Source of the DNA: Nitrosopumilus sp.
GTDB taxonomy: Archaea > Thermoproteota > Nitrososphaeria > Nitrososphaerales > Nitrosopumilaceae
Assembly (NCBI GenBank): GCA_965218695.1
Contig: OZ244651.1
Span: 1,920,001-1,984,000 of the forward strand
DNA length: 64,000 nt
Reading direction: 5' to 3'
Below the pieces are notes generated by a model that searched no databases, was not told the origin of the DNA, and saw only the letters and a program-made list of their open reading frames with translations. This document shows, piece by piece, positions 1 to 8,669 of the stretch (within the stretch, counting starts at the first letter, position 1; every line of letters begins with the position of its first letter). The position numbers were made by a program, and so were the translations under genes.

Positions 1-56
1 AATCTATTAGCTTAATAAGATTTGCTAACACATCAGCGTATTCTATTGTACAAGAA

Positions 57-480
57 TCATGTTATCTGAAGATACTCAGACGCGCTATCCAAGACTACTC
101 CATACTGCACAGAATCAGGAAGGCAATGAGGCCAAAACTGATTGACAAGTCCATGCGTTACGTCATTGGGCAGATAAAAAAGGCACGGACACGCATGCTG
201 TGGCAAAGGAGGTGCGCGTGACGCGGCGGCATATCCATGTTGTGGGCATAGTATCTCAAGACAGGAACCGCTCACCAACAACGCCCTGCCAGCCGGCCAA
301 GGAGTACAATCCCATCCCAATCGGATCGTCACGGGAAGATCATAGGTCATTTTTATCCTAGGCGGCATACGTCGGAGATCTTTTCCTCCGCAGTTGCCAC
401 ATCGGTTCACACTCAAGGTGGTTGTTTGGCATGCTTTGTTCTTGCACTAAACTCCCTTCCTGAACACTGGGTTCTCCCTT
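57..480 (-). pseudogene. Degenerate IS66-like transposase relic (zinc-finger region)
   Basis: KGV*CKNKACQTTTLSVNRCGNCGGKDLRRMPPRIKMTYDLP resembles the IS66 GHxG...CxxCG region; in-frame stop, and similarity is lost downstream. Confidence 0.4.
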
Positions 481-670
481 TCAAGGTACGTAATTGCAGG
501 TGAGAAGGAGTAGTAGGTTTGGTTGAATCCCGTCATGAATGATGTTCCATAGGTTGTGGAGAGGTCCCAGGTATTTGTTGTGCATGTGTCAGACCGTGAC
601 ACGGTCAATCGATGCATGGTGTATGAAATCAGACAAGGTTTTTAGTTGTGCATGGTATGGTACCATTGAA

Positions 671-1165
671 ATGACACTCCAGAGCAGGACGACGGTGTAT
701 GTGGCACTAGCCGGAATGTTTGCGCTGATGGGCGGAATCGTATATTATGCAAGTCTGGACAACGAGTCGCTGGAACAGGTCGAGATCAAGCTTGACAGTG
801 TGGAGTTGATAGACGTAAACAATTTGAAGAACCAGGCAAAGCTTGACGTCGTCTTTCTTGTAAAGAATCCAAGCGAGAAGACGTTTACGGTTGCAGTTAT
901 AGGGTATCAGTTGTATGGAGATGGAGAGGAGTTGGGTTCGGGCCAGTACTCCGTGGTGGACATAGCACTGCCGGGAAGAGCTGTCTTTTATCCGGGTGCC
1001 GAGGTTCCGTTGAAGAGCATCTTTGTACTCTCAAAGTCCGATGTGGGTGCAGAGACGTATGAGGCAATAATAAACAATGAGATCAGCAGCTTTACTGTAG
1101 AGGGAATGATAACAACGCAGACCTCGTGGAGTACCATTGACAAAGAGTTCAATACGGGAATCTGA
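671..1165 (+). CDS. Membrane-anchored LEA-2-like/Ig-fold protein
   Basis: N-terminal TM helix (VYVALAGMFALMGGIVYY) followed by beta-rich VKNPSEK...GYQLY; ATG at 671 preferred over 539. Confidence 0.65.
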   Translation: MTLQSRTTVYVALAGMFALMGGIVYYASLDNESLEQVEIKLDSVELIDVNNLKNQAKLDVVFLVKNPSEKTFTVAVIGYQLYGDGEELGSGQYSVVDIALPGRAVFYPGAEVPLKSIFVLSKSDVGAETYEAIINNEISSFTVEGMITTQTSWSTIDKEFNTGI

Positions 1166-1173
1166 GTGAAGAG

Positions 1174-1247
1174 TGGGCCGAGTGAGATTCGAACTCACGA
1201 TCACCGCCGTGTCGAGGCGGTATCCTAACCAGCTAGACTACCGGCCC
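1174..1247 (-). tRNA. tRNA-Val(GAC)
   Basis: GGGCCGG...anticodon arm CCGCC-TC GAC AC-GGCGG, T-loop TTCGAAT, acceptor TCGGCCC-A. Confidence 0.95.
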
Positions 1248-1309
1248 ATTGAAGTAAATGGCCGGACGATGACATTATTAACGTTTAACGGAGAGGGGGT
1301 GCATCACGC

Positions 1310-2026
1310 TTGACGTCTGACTTTACCGAGGAGGAGAAGAGGGGATTCTACAAGACCGTCTACTCCAGGAGGGATGTAAGATCCAGTTTTACATCAAGGC
1401 CCATAAGCGACGAGGTTCTCTCAAGAATACTTCATGCCGCACACCACGCCCCGTCGGTGGGATTCTCCCAGCCATGGAACTTTATCCTGATAAAGGACAC
1501 CGGGACAAAGAGGGAGATCAAGGCATCATTTGAAGAGGAGAGGGACAGATCGTCAGGCATGGTACAGGAGGAGCCCAGAAGGTCAAAGTATCGCTCGTTG
1601 AAGCTGGAGGGAATCATGGAGTCCCCGGTAAACCTCTGCGTGACGTATGATCCTACAAAATTTGGCCCGTTTGTAATAGGAAGGACGAGCATTCCGGAGG
1701 CCGGGCTGTACAGCGTATGCTGTGCGATCCAGAACCTGTGGCTGGCTGCAAGGGCCGAGGGGATCGGAGTGGGCTGGGTCAGCATCCTGTCAAATCAGAC
1801 GCTGAGAAAGGTTCTGGCATTGCCAGAGCACGTCGTGCCGGTTGCATACCTGTGCCTGGGACATGTCAGCGACTTTGCACAGAGACCGGATCTTGAGACT
1901 GCTGGCTGGTTGCCAAGGCTTGATCTAAAGGACGTAATATACTTTGAGAGGTGGAACGACAATAAGGGCGAGGACTGGAACGGCATCCGGGAGATGATCA
2001 GGGACGGCATGGAGGACCGTATCTAA
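1310..2026 (+). CDS. bluB: 5,6-dimethylbenzimidazole synthase BluB (nitroreductase fold)
   Basis: RRDVR, AHHAPSVGFSQPWNF, LKLEGI, CAIQNLWLAARAEGIGVGWVS motifs. Confidence 0.9.
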   Translation: MTSDFTEEEKRGFYKTVYSRRDVRSSFTSRPISDEVLSRILHAAHHAPSVGFSQPWNFILIKDTGTKREIKASFEEERDRSSGMVQEEPRRSKYRSLKLEGIMESPVNLCVTYDPTKFGPFVIGRTSIPEAGLYSVCCAIQNLWLAARAEGIGVGWVSILSNQTLRKVLALPEHVVPVAYLCLGHVSDFAQRPDLETAGWLPRLDLKDVIYFERWNDNKGEDWNGIREMIRDGMEDRI

Positions 2027-2031
2027 GATTC

Positions 2032-4146
2032 TCACATCTCGACTATTACGGCCGCCCTTTCAGACTTTTCCAGATCCAGCCGGATTGCATCCATGATCTT
2101 CGAAGAGGACGTAAGGCTGGAATAGTCAGAGAGTTTCAGATCGTTGAGGCAGAACACCTTGGGTGCAATCTCGGATCGCCTGGACTCCAGAAATTCGTCA
2201 AGTTCCTCGATTACCGATATTCTCCCTCCCTGCATGATCCTGCCGTTCTCCATGGTGAGCTTGGGTTTGCCGTACCTGTCCATCACCAGAATAAAGTGCC
2301 GGTTCTTTCTGCTGAAGAGTTTTTTGACCTCCACATGGCCGGTAAATACAAGATAGTGATCAGTCTCATAGCTCAGATCAATCAGATCCTCTGAGATTCC
2401 AATGATCTCGCTTGCCCTGATCCTTGCATCATCAAGTGTGAATATATTCTTTGATGTGTCCACACTATCCAATTCCACGTTTCCGACTGCAGTGACACGC
2501 AGCAGTGCCTTCTCAGGTATGTACTGGCTGTTAATTACTACGGATTCTGGAACCGCGCCCTTGTCCACCAGCATGGTATGAATCTTCTTGGTCACCAGAC
2601 CAATCTGTTCGGGGGTCGGATTATTCATGGTCTGTTCTATCTCCTCCTGAAGCATGGAGGATGCAACGCCGATGGAGGAGATCACGTCGGCGTGATCGGC
2701 CTTTTCATAGGAGAGCCCCATCTGCTTTGCAACAAACGGAATCAGAACCGACGCGCCCCCGCCCCCGCCTATCAGACGGACTGAGCTGCTCAGTTTGAAC
2801 TCCTTCATGATCTTGGAGATGGTCTTTGTAATCTCAAAGGAGGCAGTCTGGATTATGGACATTGCCGCCTCGTAGTATGACACGCCCATATGTCTTCCGA
2901 GTATTTTAAGGGCAGTCTTTGCAGATTCCTGGTTTCCAAAGGAGTAGTCGCCCGCGTCGATCATCTCAAGGGCGTTTGCCGCGCACGTGTTTGTGATGGC
3001 GTATGTTCCGTTCCTGCATCTGACTGCCACGTACTCCTCAATATCGTTCTCCCGGGGTTTTATTGAGATTATTTCCCCGGTCTTTAGGTCTTCGGGGTCT
3101 GCAAAGCAGGAGTATTTCAGGCCCGCAATGTGGGCGCTTCTTGGCCCCACCTGGGAGACCCTGTTGCTGCTCAGGGAGACCATGCTGCCGCCGGCAACCC
3201 CCAGAATCCGCACATCCATGGAACGGATACAGGTGGGATGGTTGCTCACTGTGACATAGCGGATCTCTGGTTTTCCGTTTCTGATTATGCAGATGTTCGT
3301 ACTGGTGCCGCCGACCTCGACAAAGATGCCGTTTGTGACCTTGAGGTAGAGCAGGGCGCCTGCGACGCTTGCAGCCGGGCCGGACAGGACCGTCAGGATG
3401 GGTTTTGTCCGAAACGTATCCATGCTGGTAACGCCGCCGTCTCCCTTCATTATCATCAGGGGCGCAGCAACGCCGATCTTCCTGATCGCCTCCTCAATAT
3501 AGTCTGCCACCTGAAACGTCTTTGGCAGGACGCTGGCATTTACTGCCGCAGTCAGGGTTCGGATCTCCAGGCCGTAGACGCCGGAGAGTTCGTGTGAGCC
3601 TGTCGAGGGCATGCCGTGCTTGGAGGAGGTGTTCATTACAAAGAGCTCGTTGGACGGATCGTCCACGCCAAAGGCCTCGGTTGCAACTATTACCTCGGCA
3701 CCCCTTGATTTGAGCCGGTCAACGGAGCCTGCCACCTCGTCTTCGGTGATCAGATGGGACGTGTCCAGAAACTCGTGGAATGTTGTAATGTTGCAGTTTG
3801 CATCTGACATGTTGCGGAGATCTGTGCGTTTTATTACGTCCTTTTTTGAGGGGCCGACGCCCATTGCTATTATCCCCACGCGGGAGGTGTCAGATTCCAG
3901 AAGGGCGTTTATGGCCTGCGTGGTGCTGTGCGAGATTAGCTCAATGTCGTTCATGTCGATTCTTGACTGTTTCAAAATGTCTGTAAGAACGTGCACTATT
4001 CCCTCAGAGACCCCTCTTTCTGACATGTGGGTGGTAGGAAGTGTGGATTTTGAGAGGATGGTGCCTGTCTTCACGTCGATGGCTACTGCCTTGGTAAACG
4101 TTCCTCCCACGTCTATGCCAACGCGGATTCTCTGCCTATCAGGCAC
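2032..4146 (-). CDS. Hydantoinase A/oxoprolinase-family (ASKHA) ATPase
   Basis: GIDVGGTFTK, HSTTQAINALLE, SGPAAS, EVGGTSTN, GGGGG motifs. Confidence 0.85.
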   Translation of the reverse strand: MPDRQRIRVGIDVGGTFTKAVAIDVKTGTILSKSTLPTTHMSERGVSEGIVHVLTDILKQSRIDMNDIELISHSTTQAINALLESDTSRVGIIAMGVGPSKKDVIKRTDLRNMSDANCNITTFHEFLDTSHLITEDEVAGSVDRLKSRGAEVIVATEAFGVDDPSNELFVMNTSSKHGMPSTGSHELSGVYGLEIRTLTAAVNASVLPKTFQVADYIEEAIRKIGVAAPLMIMKGDGGVTSMDTFRTKPILTVLSGPAASVAGALLYLKVTNGIFVEVGGTSTNICIIRNGKPEIRYVTVSNHPTCIRSMDVRILGVAGGSMVSLSSNRVSQVGPRSAHIAGLKYSCFADPEDLKTGEIISIKPRENDIEEYVAVRCRNGTYAITNTCAANALEMIDAGDYSFGNQESAKTALKILGRHMGVSYYEAAMSIIQTASFEITKTISKIMKEFKLSSSVRLIGGGGGASVLIPFVAKQMGLSYEKADHADVISSIGVASSMLQEEIEQTMNNPTPEQIGLVTKKIHTMLVDKGAVPESVVINSQYIPEKALLRVTAVGNVELDSVDTSKNIFTLDDARIRASEIIGISEDLIDLSYETDHYLVFTGHVEVKKLFSRKNRHFILVMDRYGKPKLTMENGRIMQGGRISVIEELDEFLESRRSEIAPKVFCLNDLKLSDYSSLTSSSKIMDAIRLDLEKSERAAVIVEM

Positions 4147-6388
4147 TGTCTTCCACGTGTGATTTTCTCATTGATGCCAGACGTCTCTCTTTTCTGGGTT
4201 TCACTATCAGGACGTACGTTGATGCTACCAGATAGACACTAAGCAGTGCAATCTGGGCTATCACCGTCTCCAGTGTGGGGTATATTCCAGTCATCGTGGC
4301 CAGGTTGATGTCCAGTCGTGGAATGGTTCCAAACATTGCAGTGTATGGTACTATGTCCAGTATTTGAAGCTCCCTTACGGCGTTTCCAAGGAATGCAATG
4401 GACATGTATGCTCCAACGCCCATTGTAAGGCCGAACAGGGCGCGCAGGGGTAGCCTTCTTCCAAGTTTCCGCATCAGATAGTATATCAGGAACAGTACTG
4501 CCATCCCGGCAATGAATCCGACTGCCACGTATCCCTCCATGTATTTGGCAAATCCGGCTATTGCCTGGTAGAAGAGTACCGTCTCAAATCCCTCCCGGTA
4601 CACTGTGAAGAATGCCAGCATGACAAAGACCATCACGCTGCCGGTGGTGGTTGCCTGCCACACCTTTGCCTTGACAAACTCCATCCACTTCTTGTGCTCT
4701 ATCTTGTTTAGAACCCAGAAGCTGACATAGAAGAGCATGGCAGTTGCAGACAGCGCCGCAATGGCCTCTATGAGTTCACGGTTTGCGCCTGATATGCCTA
4801 TGACGTACGAGGCGATAAACCAAGTCACGCCGGTGGCTCCGATGGCTCCGATGACTCCGTAGTATACGTGTTTTTTAAAACGGGTGTTCCGTGATGCCTC
4901 AAGATACGTAAGAATGGCTCCCAGAATCAAAACCGATTCCAGACCCTCGCGGAATATTATGGCAAAGGATGTCGAGAACGCGATTATGGGTGCCAGCGTT
5001 CCTGTTCCGGTTACTAGTCGTTCGGACTCGTCCAGATTGCGCTCTATGGCAATTGCAACCTCGCGAACCTCCTCAAGATCGGCCTGTTGATTTATGAGGT
5101 TTCGCAGCGTGGCAAACTGGAACTCGACTTCGAGGGTAAAGTCAGGATCGATTGCCCTTAGTGGAATCTCCACGTACTCGTAGCTGTCAAGATATGCGGT
5201 TCGTGCAGACGTGTAGGCTGCCTGGTAGTCCCCTTTCTCGTGCTGAATCAGCATCTCCTGAAGGGTGACGCGGATAAAGTCAATCTCGCCTCTGACGCCG
5301 GATTTTTCCTCACTTGTCGCATCGCCCCTCTCCAGAAGGACTCTCTCCGGGACTATTTGGGTAAGTTCTACTGTACCCAGTTCTGACACCTTTGATTCGG
5401 CGAGGTCAAGTTGAGGCAGGATCGTTTCTTCTAGAAATTCCCGGATCTCCCCGGCGTCTTGGTTCTCCTTGATCATATCCCGTAGCACCTCTCTCATGTC
5501 CCACTCCAATGTGAAGAGTAGTTCGGAGTCGACCTTTTCAATGTCGGGTTCCAGATACTCAAAGTTTTCAAGATATGCTTCCACTGCCAGTTCCTCGGCT
5601 GCTACGTAATTCCCGTCATCTACGGCTTCAAGCAGTTCTACGTACAGGGTGCGAATTGTATCATAGAGTTCCTGTTTGTCATATGCGACCGGTTCGTACC
5701 CTGTAAAATCACGGTTAATTGCAGTGATCAGGGTTCCAACCGAGTGAAAGTCGTCCTTGTCCTGTATCTTCCCGCTGAGCTCTACTAGAAATGAAGAAAT
5801 CTCCTTGGTCAATCGGTCGTCGTAATCGGTGTTTGGGAATAGTTCATGGGCCCGTTCTGTCAGCGCCAAGGAAAGGTCATACAGTATCTGGTTGTCGTCT
5901 GTAATGGCAATCTGGTACTGTTCATCTACTACCGTCAGTATCAGGGCAATGGCCTTTCCATAATCAGGATTGATAGCCTCATACTGGCCTAGGAAACTCT
6001 CAGTTTTGTCAATATCCGAGATTGTCTGCTGGGGGTCCACAGTACCAATTTCGTTATGAATATCCAGCAGGAGCAGATGAATCTCGTCTGTGACGGCGGA
6101 GTTTGAAGCCCTTAGATTCTGCAGGTGTAGTGGAAAGATCTCGGTAGTGACCCTTGAAAGTGTCTTTGCATCTTCAGTACTATCCAGGTGTTGTTTGGTC
6201 AGATCCAGCGAGGATGACAGGAATTCGGAGATAAATAATGCGGACGTGTCGGACTCCGAAAAGTCTCCGGTGTCTGCATGAATATCAGTTTTAGGCACCA
6301 GTGCCAGTACAAGGAGAGATACGACGAATATTTGTGCGTAAGTTAGTTTGCGGGAAAGCAAGGTATGGAGAAACATGCATGAGGTCAA
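4139..6388 (-). CDS. FTR1-family iron permease with large extracellular helical domain
   Basis: REGLE and REGFE motifs in the C-terminal multi-TM domain; signal peptide; acidic AYLExFEYLE-type repeats. Confidence 0.9.
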   Translation of the reverse strand: MTSCMFLHTLLSRKLTYAQIFVVSLLVLALVPKTDIHADTGDFSESDTSALFISEFLSSSLDLTKQHLDSTEDAKTLSRVTTEIFPLHLQNLRASNSAVTDEIHLLLLDIHNEIGTVDPQQTISDIDKTESFLGQYEAINPDYGKAIALILTVVDEQYQIAITDDNQILYDLSLALTERAHELFPNTDYDDRLTKEISSFLVELSGKIQDKDDFHSVGTLITAINRDFTGYEPVAYDKQELYDTIRTLYVELLEAVDDGNYVAAEELAVEAYLENFEYLEPDIEKVDSELLFTLEWDMREVLRDMIKENQDAGEIREFLEETILPQLDLAESKVSELGTVELTQIVPERVLLERGDATSEEKSGVRGEIDFIRVTLQEMLIQHEKGDYQAAYTSARTAYLDSYEYVEIPLRAIDPDFTLEVEFQFATLRNLINQQADLEEVREVAIAIERNLDESERLVTGTGTLAPIIAFSTSFAIIFREGLESVLILGAILTYLEASRNTRFKKHVYYGVIGAIGATGVTWFIASYVIGISGANRELIEAIAALSATAMLFYVSFWVLNKIEHKKWMEFVKAKVWQATTTGSVMVFVMLAFFTVYREGFETVLFYQAIAGFAKYMEGYVAVGFIAGMAVLFLIYYLMRKLGRRLPLRALFGLTMGVGAYMSIAFLGNAVRELQILDIVPYTAMFGTIPRLDINLATMTGIYPTLETVIAQIALLSVYLVASTYVLIVKPRKERRLASMRKSHVEDSA

Positions 6389-6691
6389 TATTTAAAAGAG
6401 ATTCTCATTTTATATGTATAGAACAGACGTGTGTTAGGTTTACCAACAAATATTAAAATAATAACGATTTCTGAGATGGTGCCACAGACTTTTGATGAAC
6501 AGTCATCTCAAACCTGTCCAATGACAGACAGAACAAAATTTCCATGAATTGAGGCGCATAATGACATGCAAGAACGCCATAATATATCGGATATTGGAAG
6601 AATTCAGAATCCATAGATTCCAATGTTGTGCCTGGACTTCGGCATATGCCCCAAAAGATGGGCTTAAATAATTAGAAATGTTTTGTTCACC

Positions 6692-6784
6692 GGGCTTGTG
6701 GCGCAGAGTCGGTTTGACGCGAAGTATGGATAGCGTGGTAGCCTCCTAAGTTACAGGTCGAGGGATCGAAGCCCTCCAAGCCCG
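6692..6784 (+). tRNA. tRNA-Arg(CCT) with 18-nt intron at position 15/16 (6707-6724)
   Basis: GGGCTTG/CAAGCCC acceptor stem; anticodon arm GTAGC-CT CCT AA-GTTAC; removing AGTCGGTTTGACGCGAAG restores the D-arm; relaxed BHB. Confidence 0.85.
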
Positions 6785-6870
6785 TCTTATTTCAAACTAC
6801 AATAGAAAATATGCGTAATCCAGAACTTTTTCAAACTCCGCGTTGACGTTAGTCCTGCTGTCAAAAATTT

Positions 6871-8187
6871 ATGATCCATCCAATTAAAACCAGAATATGC
6901 CGGTTCATACTGTTGTCGGAACAGAAAACAAGTGACCTGCAAAAAGAGAACAAGGCTCTCAGAGACATGATCAAGCGCCAGGACGCTGACATCAAGCGCC
7001 AGGACGCTGACATCAAGCGCCAGGACGCTGACATCAAGCGCCAGGACGCAGCTGCCAGGCACGAGCAAAGCCTGTGGCGCACACGGGACGGCTCCGAGTC
7101 CGGAGCCGCAGGAGAGCCCGCCCTGCTGCACCGCGTGGAGGTGCTTGATGAGATCATCAGAGTCGGGAAAAATCTTCATGACGCGACGCTGAAGCGCAGG
7201 GAACAGTTCCAATACATGCTTGACAGGGCCGAGGCGTGGATAAGGCAAAGCGGCAAATCCCCGCTCTTCAGGAGTGACGAGACGAGGGCGTCGGATCCCG
7301 GGAACCGCTGCAAGCTGTACCCAAGGCACGCGCTGCTCATGTCACTGATGTACAAAAAGGGCAACCCCACGCAGGGCGTGCTTGCGGCATTCTTTGGAAT
7401 AGACCAGGCGACCGTGTCCCGGTATATCGATGTACTAGACGGGGTGCTTGAGGCGGTGCTGCCCACCGCTGCCAACATCTCAAAGGAGATAGAGGACACG
7501 GAGACAAAAGAGGATCTCAAAAAAATAATTTCCGGGCCTGACGGGGGCATTATGATGATCGACGGCACGCACTGCCCCATACAGAGGCCGGACGAAAAAC
7601 AGATGAGGAGCATGATGTATTCTGGCAAGAAGAAGAAATTCACGCTCAACACCACCGTGTGCATAAACGAAAACGGGGTGATAGTCGCCATATCCGGCAG
7701 CACCGTGGGATCCGTCCACGACATCACGCTGCTCAGGGAGAGCCCGCTGCCATTTGGAAAATGGTGGGACCGCATGTGCGACGAGAACACCCCCGAAGAG
7801 GACAGGATCCACACCCTTACTGACCGCGGCTACAAGGGAATTGCAAAGGATCTGCCCGGCACAAACACCCTGCAGCCGCACAAGAAGACCAAGAACCACA
7901 AGCGCTTTACAAAGGAGGAAAAAGAGCACAACCATAAAATCAACTCCGCCCGGGTAAAGGTGGAGCACTCCATCGGCAGGCTGAAGCGGTACGGCCGGCT
8001 TACCGCGCCATACAAAGGAAAGATTGGCGACTTTAACAGGGAATTTAACATAATAGCCGGGCTTGTAAACCTGGACCTCGTGTGGAACTACCTGGAGAAG
8101 GGACCGCCTCCTTCAGGCGGCAATCTGGGGCCGGTGATAAACTGGGAACAGGCAAACGCCCCCGGCAGCGCCGTCTCAAACAATTAA
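6871..8187 (+). CDS. DDE_Tnp_4-type transposase with N-terminal heptad repeats
   Basis: IDGTH, YSGKKK, DRGYKG, RVKVEHSIGRLK; HTH FGIDQATVSRY. Confidence 0.9.
   Translation: MIHPIKTRICRFILLSEQKTSDLQKENKALRDMIKRQDADIKRQDADIKRQDADIKRQDAAARHEQSLWRTRDGSESGAAGEPALLHRVEVLDEIIRVGKNLHDATLKRREQFQYMLDRAEAWIRQSGKSPLFRSDETRASDPGNRCKLYPRHALLMSLMYKKGNPTQGVLAAFFGIDQATVSRYIDVLDGVLEAVLPTAANISKEIEDTETKEDLKKIISGPDGGIMMIDGTHCPIQRPDEKQMRSMMYSGKKKKFTLNTTVCINENGVIVAISGSTVGSVHDITLLRESPLPFGKWWDRMCDENTPEEDRIHTLTDRGYKGIAKDLPGTNTLQPHKKTKNHKRFTKEEKEHNHKINSARVKVEHSIGRLKRYGRLTAPYKGKIGDFNREFNIIAGLVNLDLVWNYLEKGPPPSGGNLGPVINWEQANAPGSAVSNN
6970..7049 (+). repeat. 21-bp tandem repeat x3.8 (IKRQDAD) in the transposase N-terminus
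   Basis: ATCAAGCGCCAGGACGCTGAC repeated perfectly. Confidence 0.95.
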
Positions 8188-8669
8188 TCCCGTGCACATC
8201 GTGGTGCTGCAAGGCTGCGCACGTTATTTCGTATTTCGGGCAGGACAGGATCCCCACATGGCTAACATGGCGAGAATTAAATCAGAATTTTTAATATTTT
8301 CCGGAATTTTCCGGTTTAATCCAGCGAAATGGAAGGATTACGCATAGCTTCTAATATACGAAAAGGCATGTCCATACAATGACACAACACAGAAATGATA
8401 TGGCCACAATAACGGTAATGCATGTGGGTGTTACGTCTCGCAGGACATTTTCTGTCAAAAATACTACAAGAGGGATTAGATAAATGGTTCAAAATTGGCA
8501 AGAATGCAAATGACCAGCGGTAATAATTCCCATATGGGTGGTGTCTGGCATGGCAGACTCGTGTTATTTTATTCTCTATACTCTAGTGGACCCGCACGAC
8601 GTTTGCCGTCAGATTTGCTGACCAGTACCCCCAGATCTGCCGTAAATTCCCGTCTGAAAAAGAATAATC

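Larger units (their letters stand above)
6812..8344 (+). mobile_element. IS5-superfamily (ISL2/DDE_Tnp_4-like) insertion sequence
   Basis: Terminal IR TGCGTAATCC / GGATTACGCA, flanked by TA on both sides; inserted 27 bp after tRNA-Arg. Confidence 0.85.

Noticed and set aside
6970-7049. 21-bp repeats as CRISPR or iterons
   Set aside because: No spacers; in frame within a transposase
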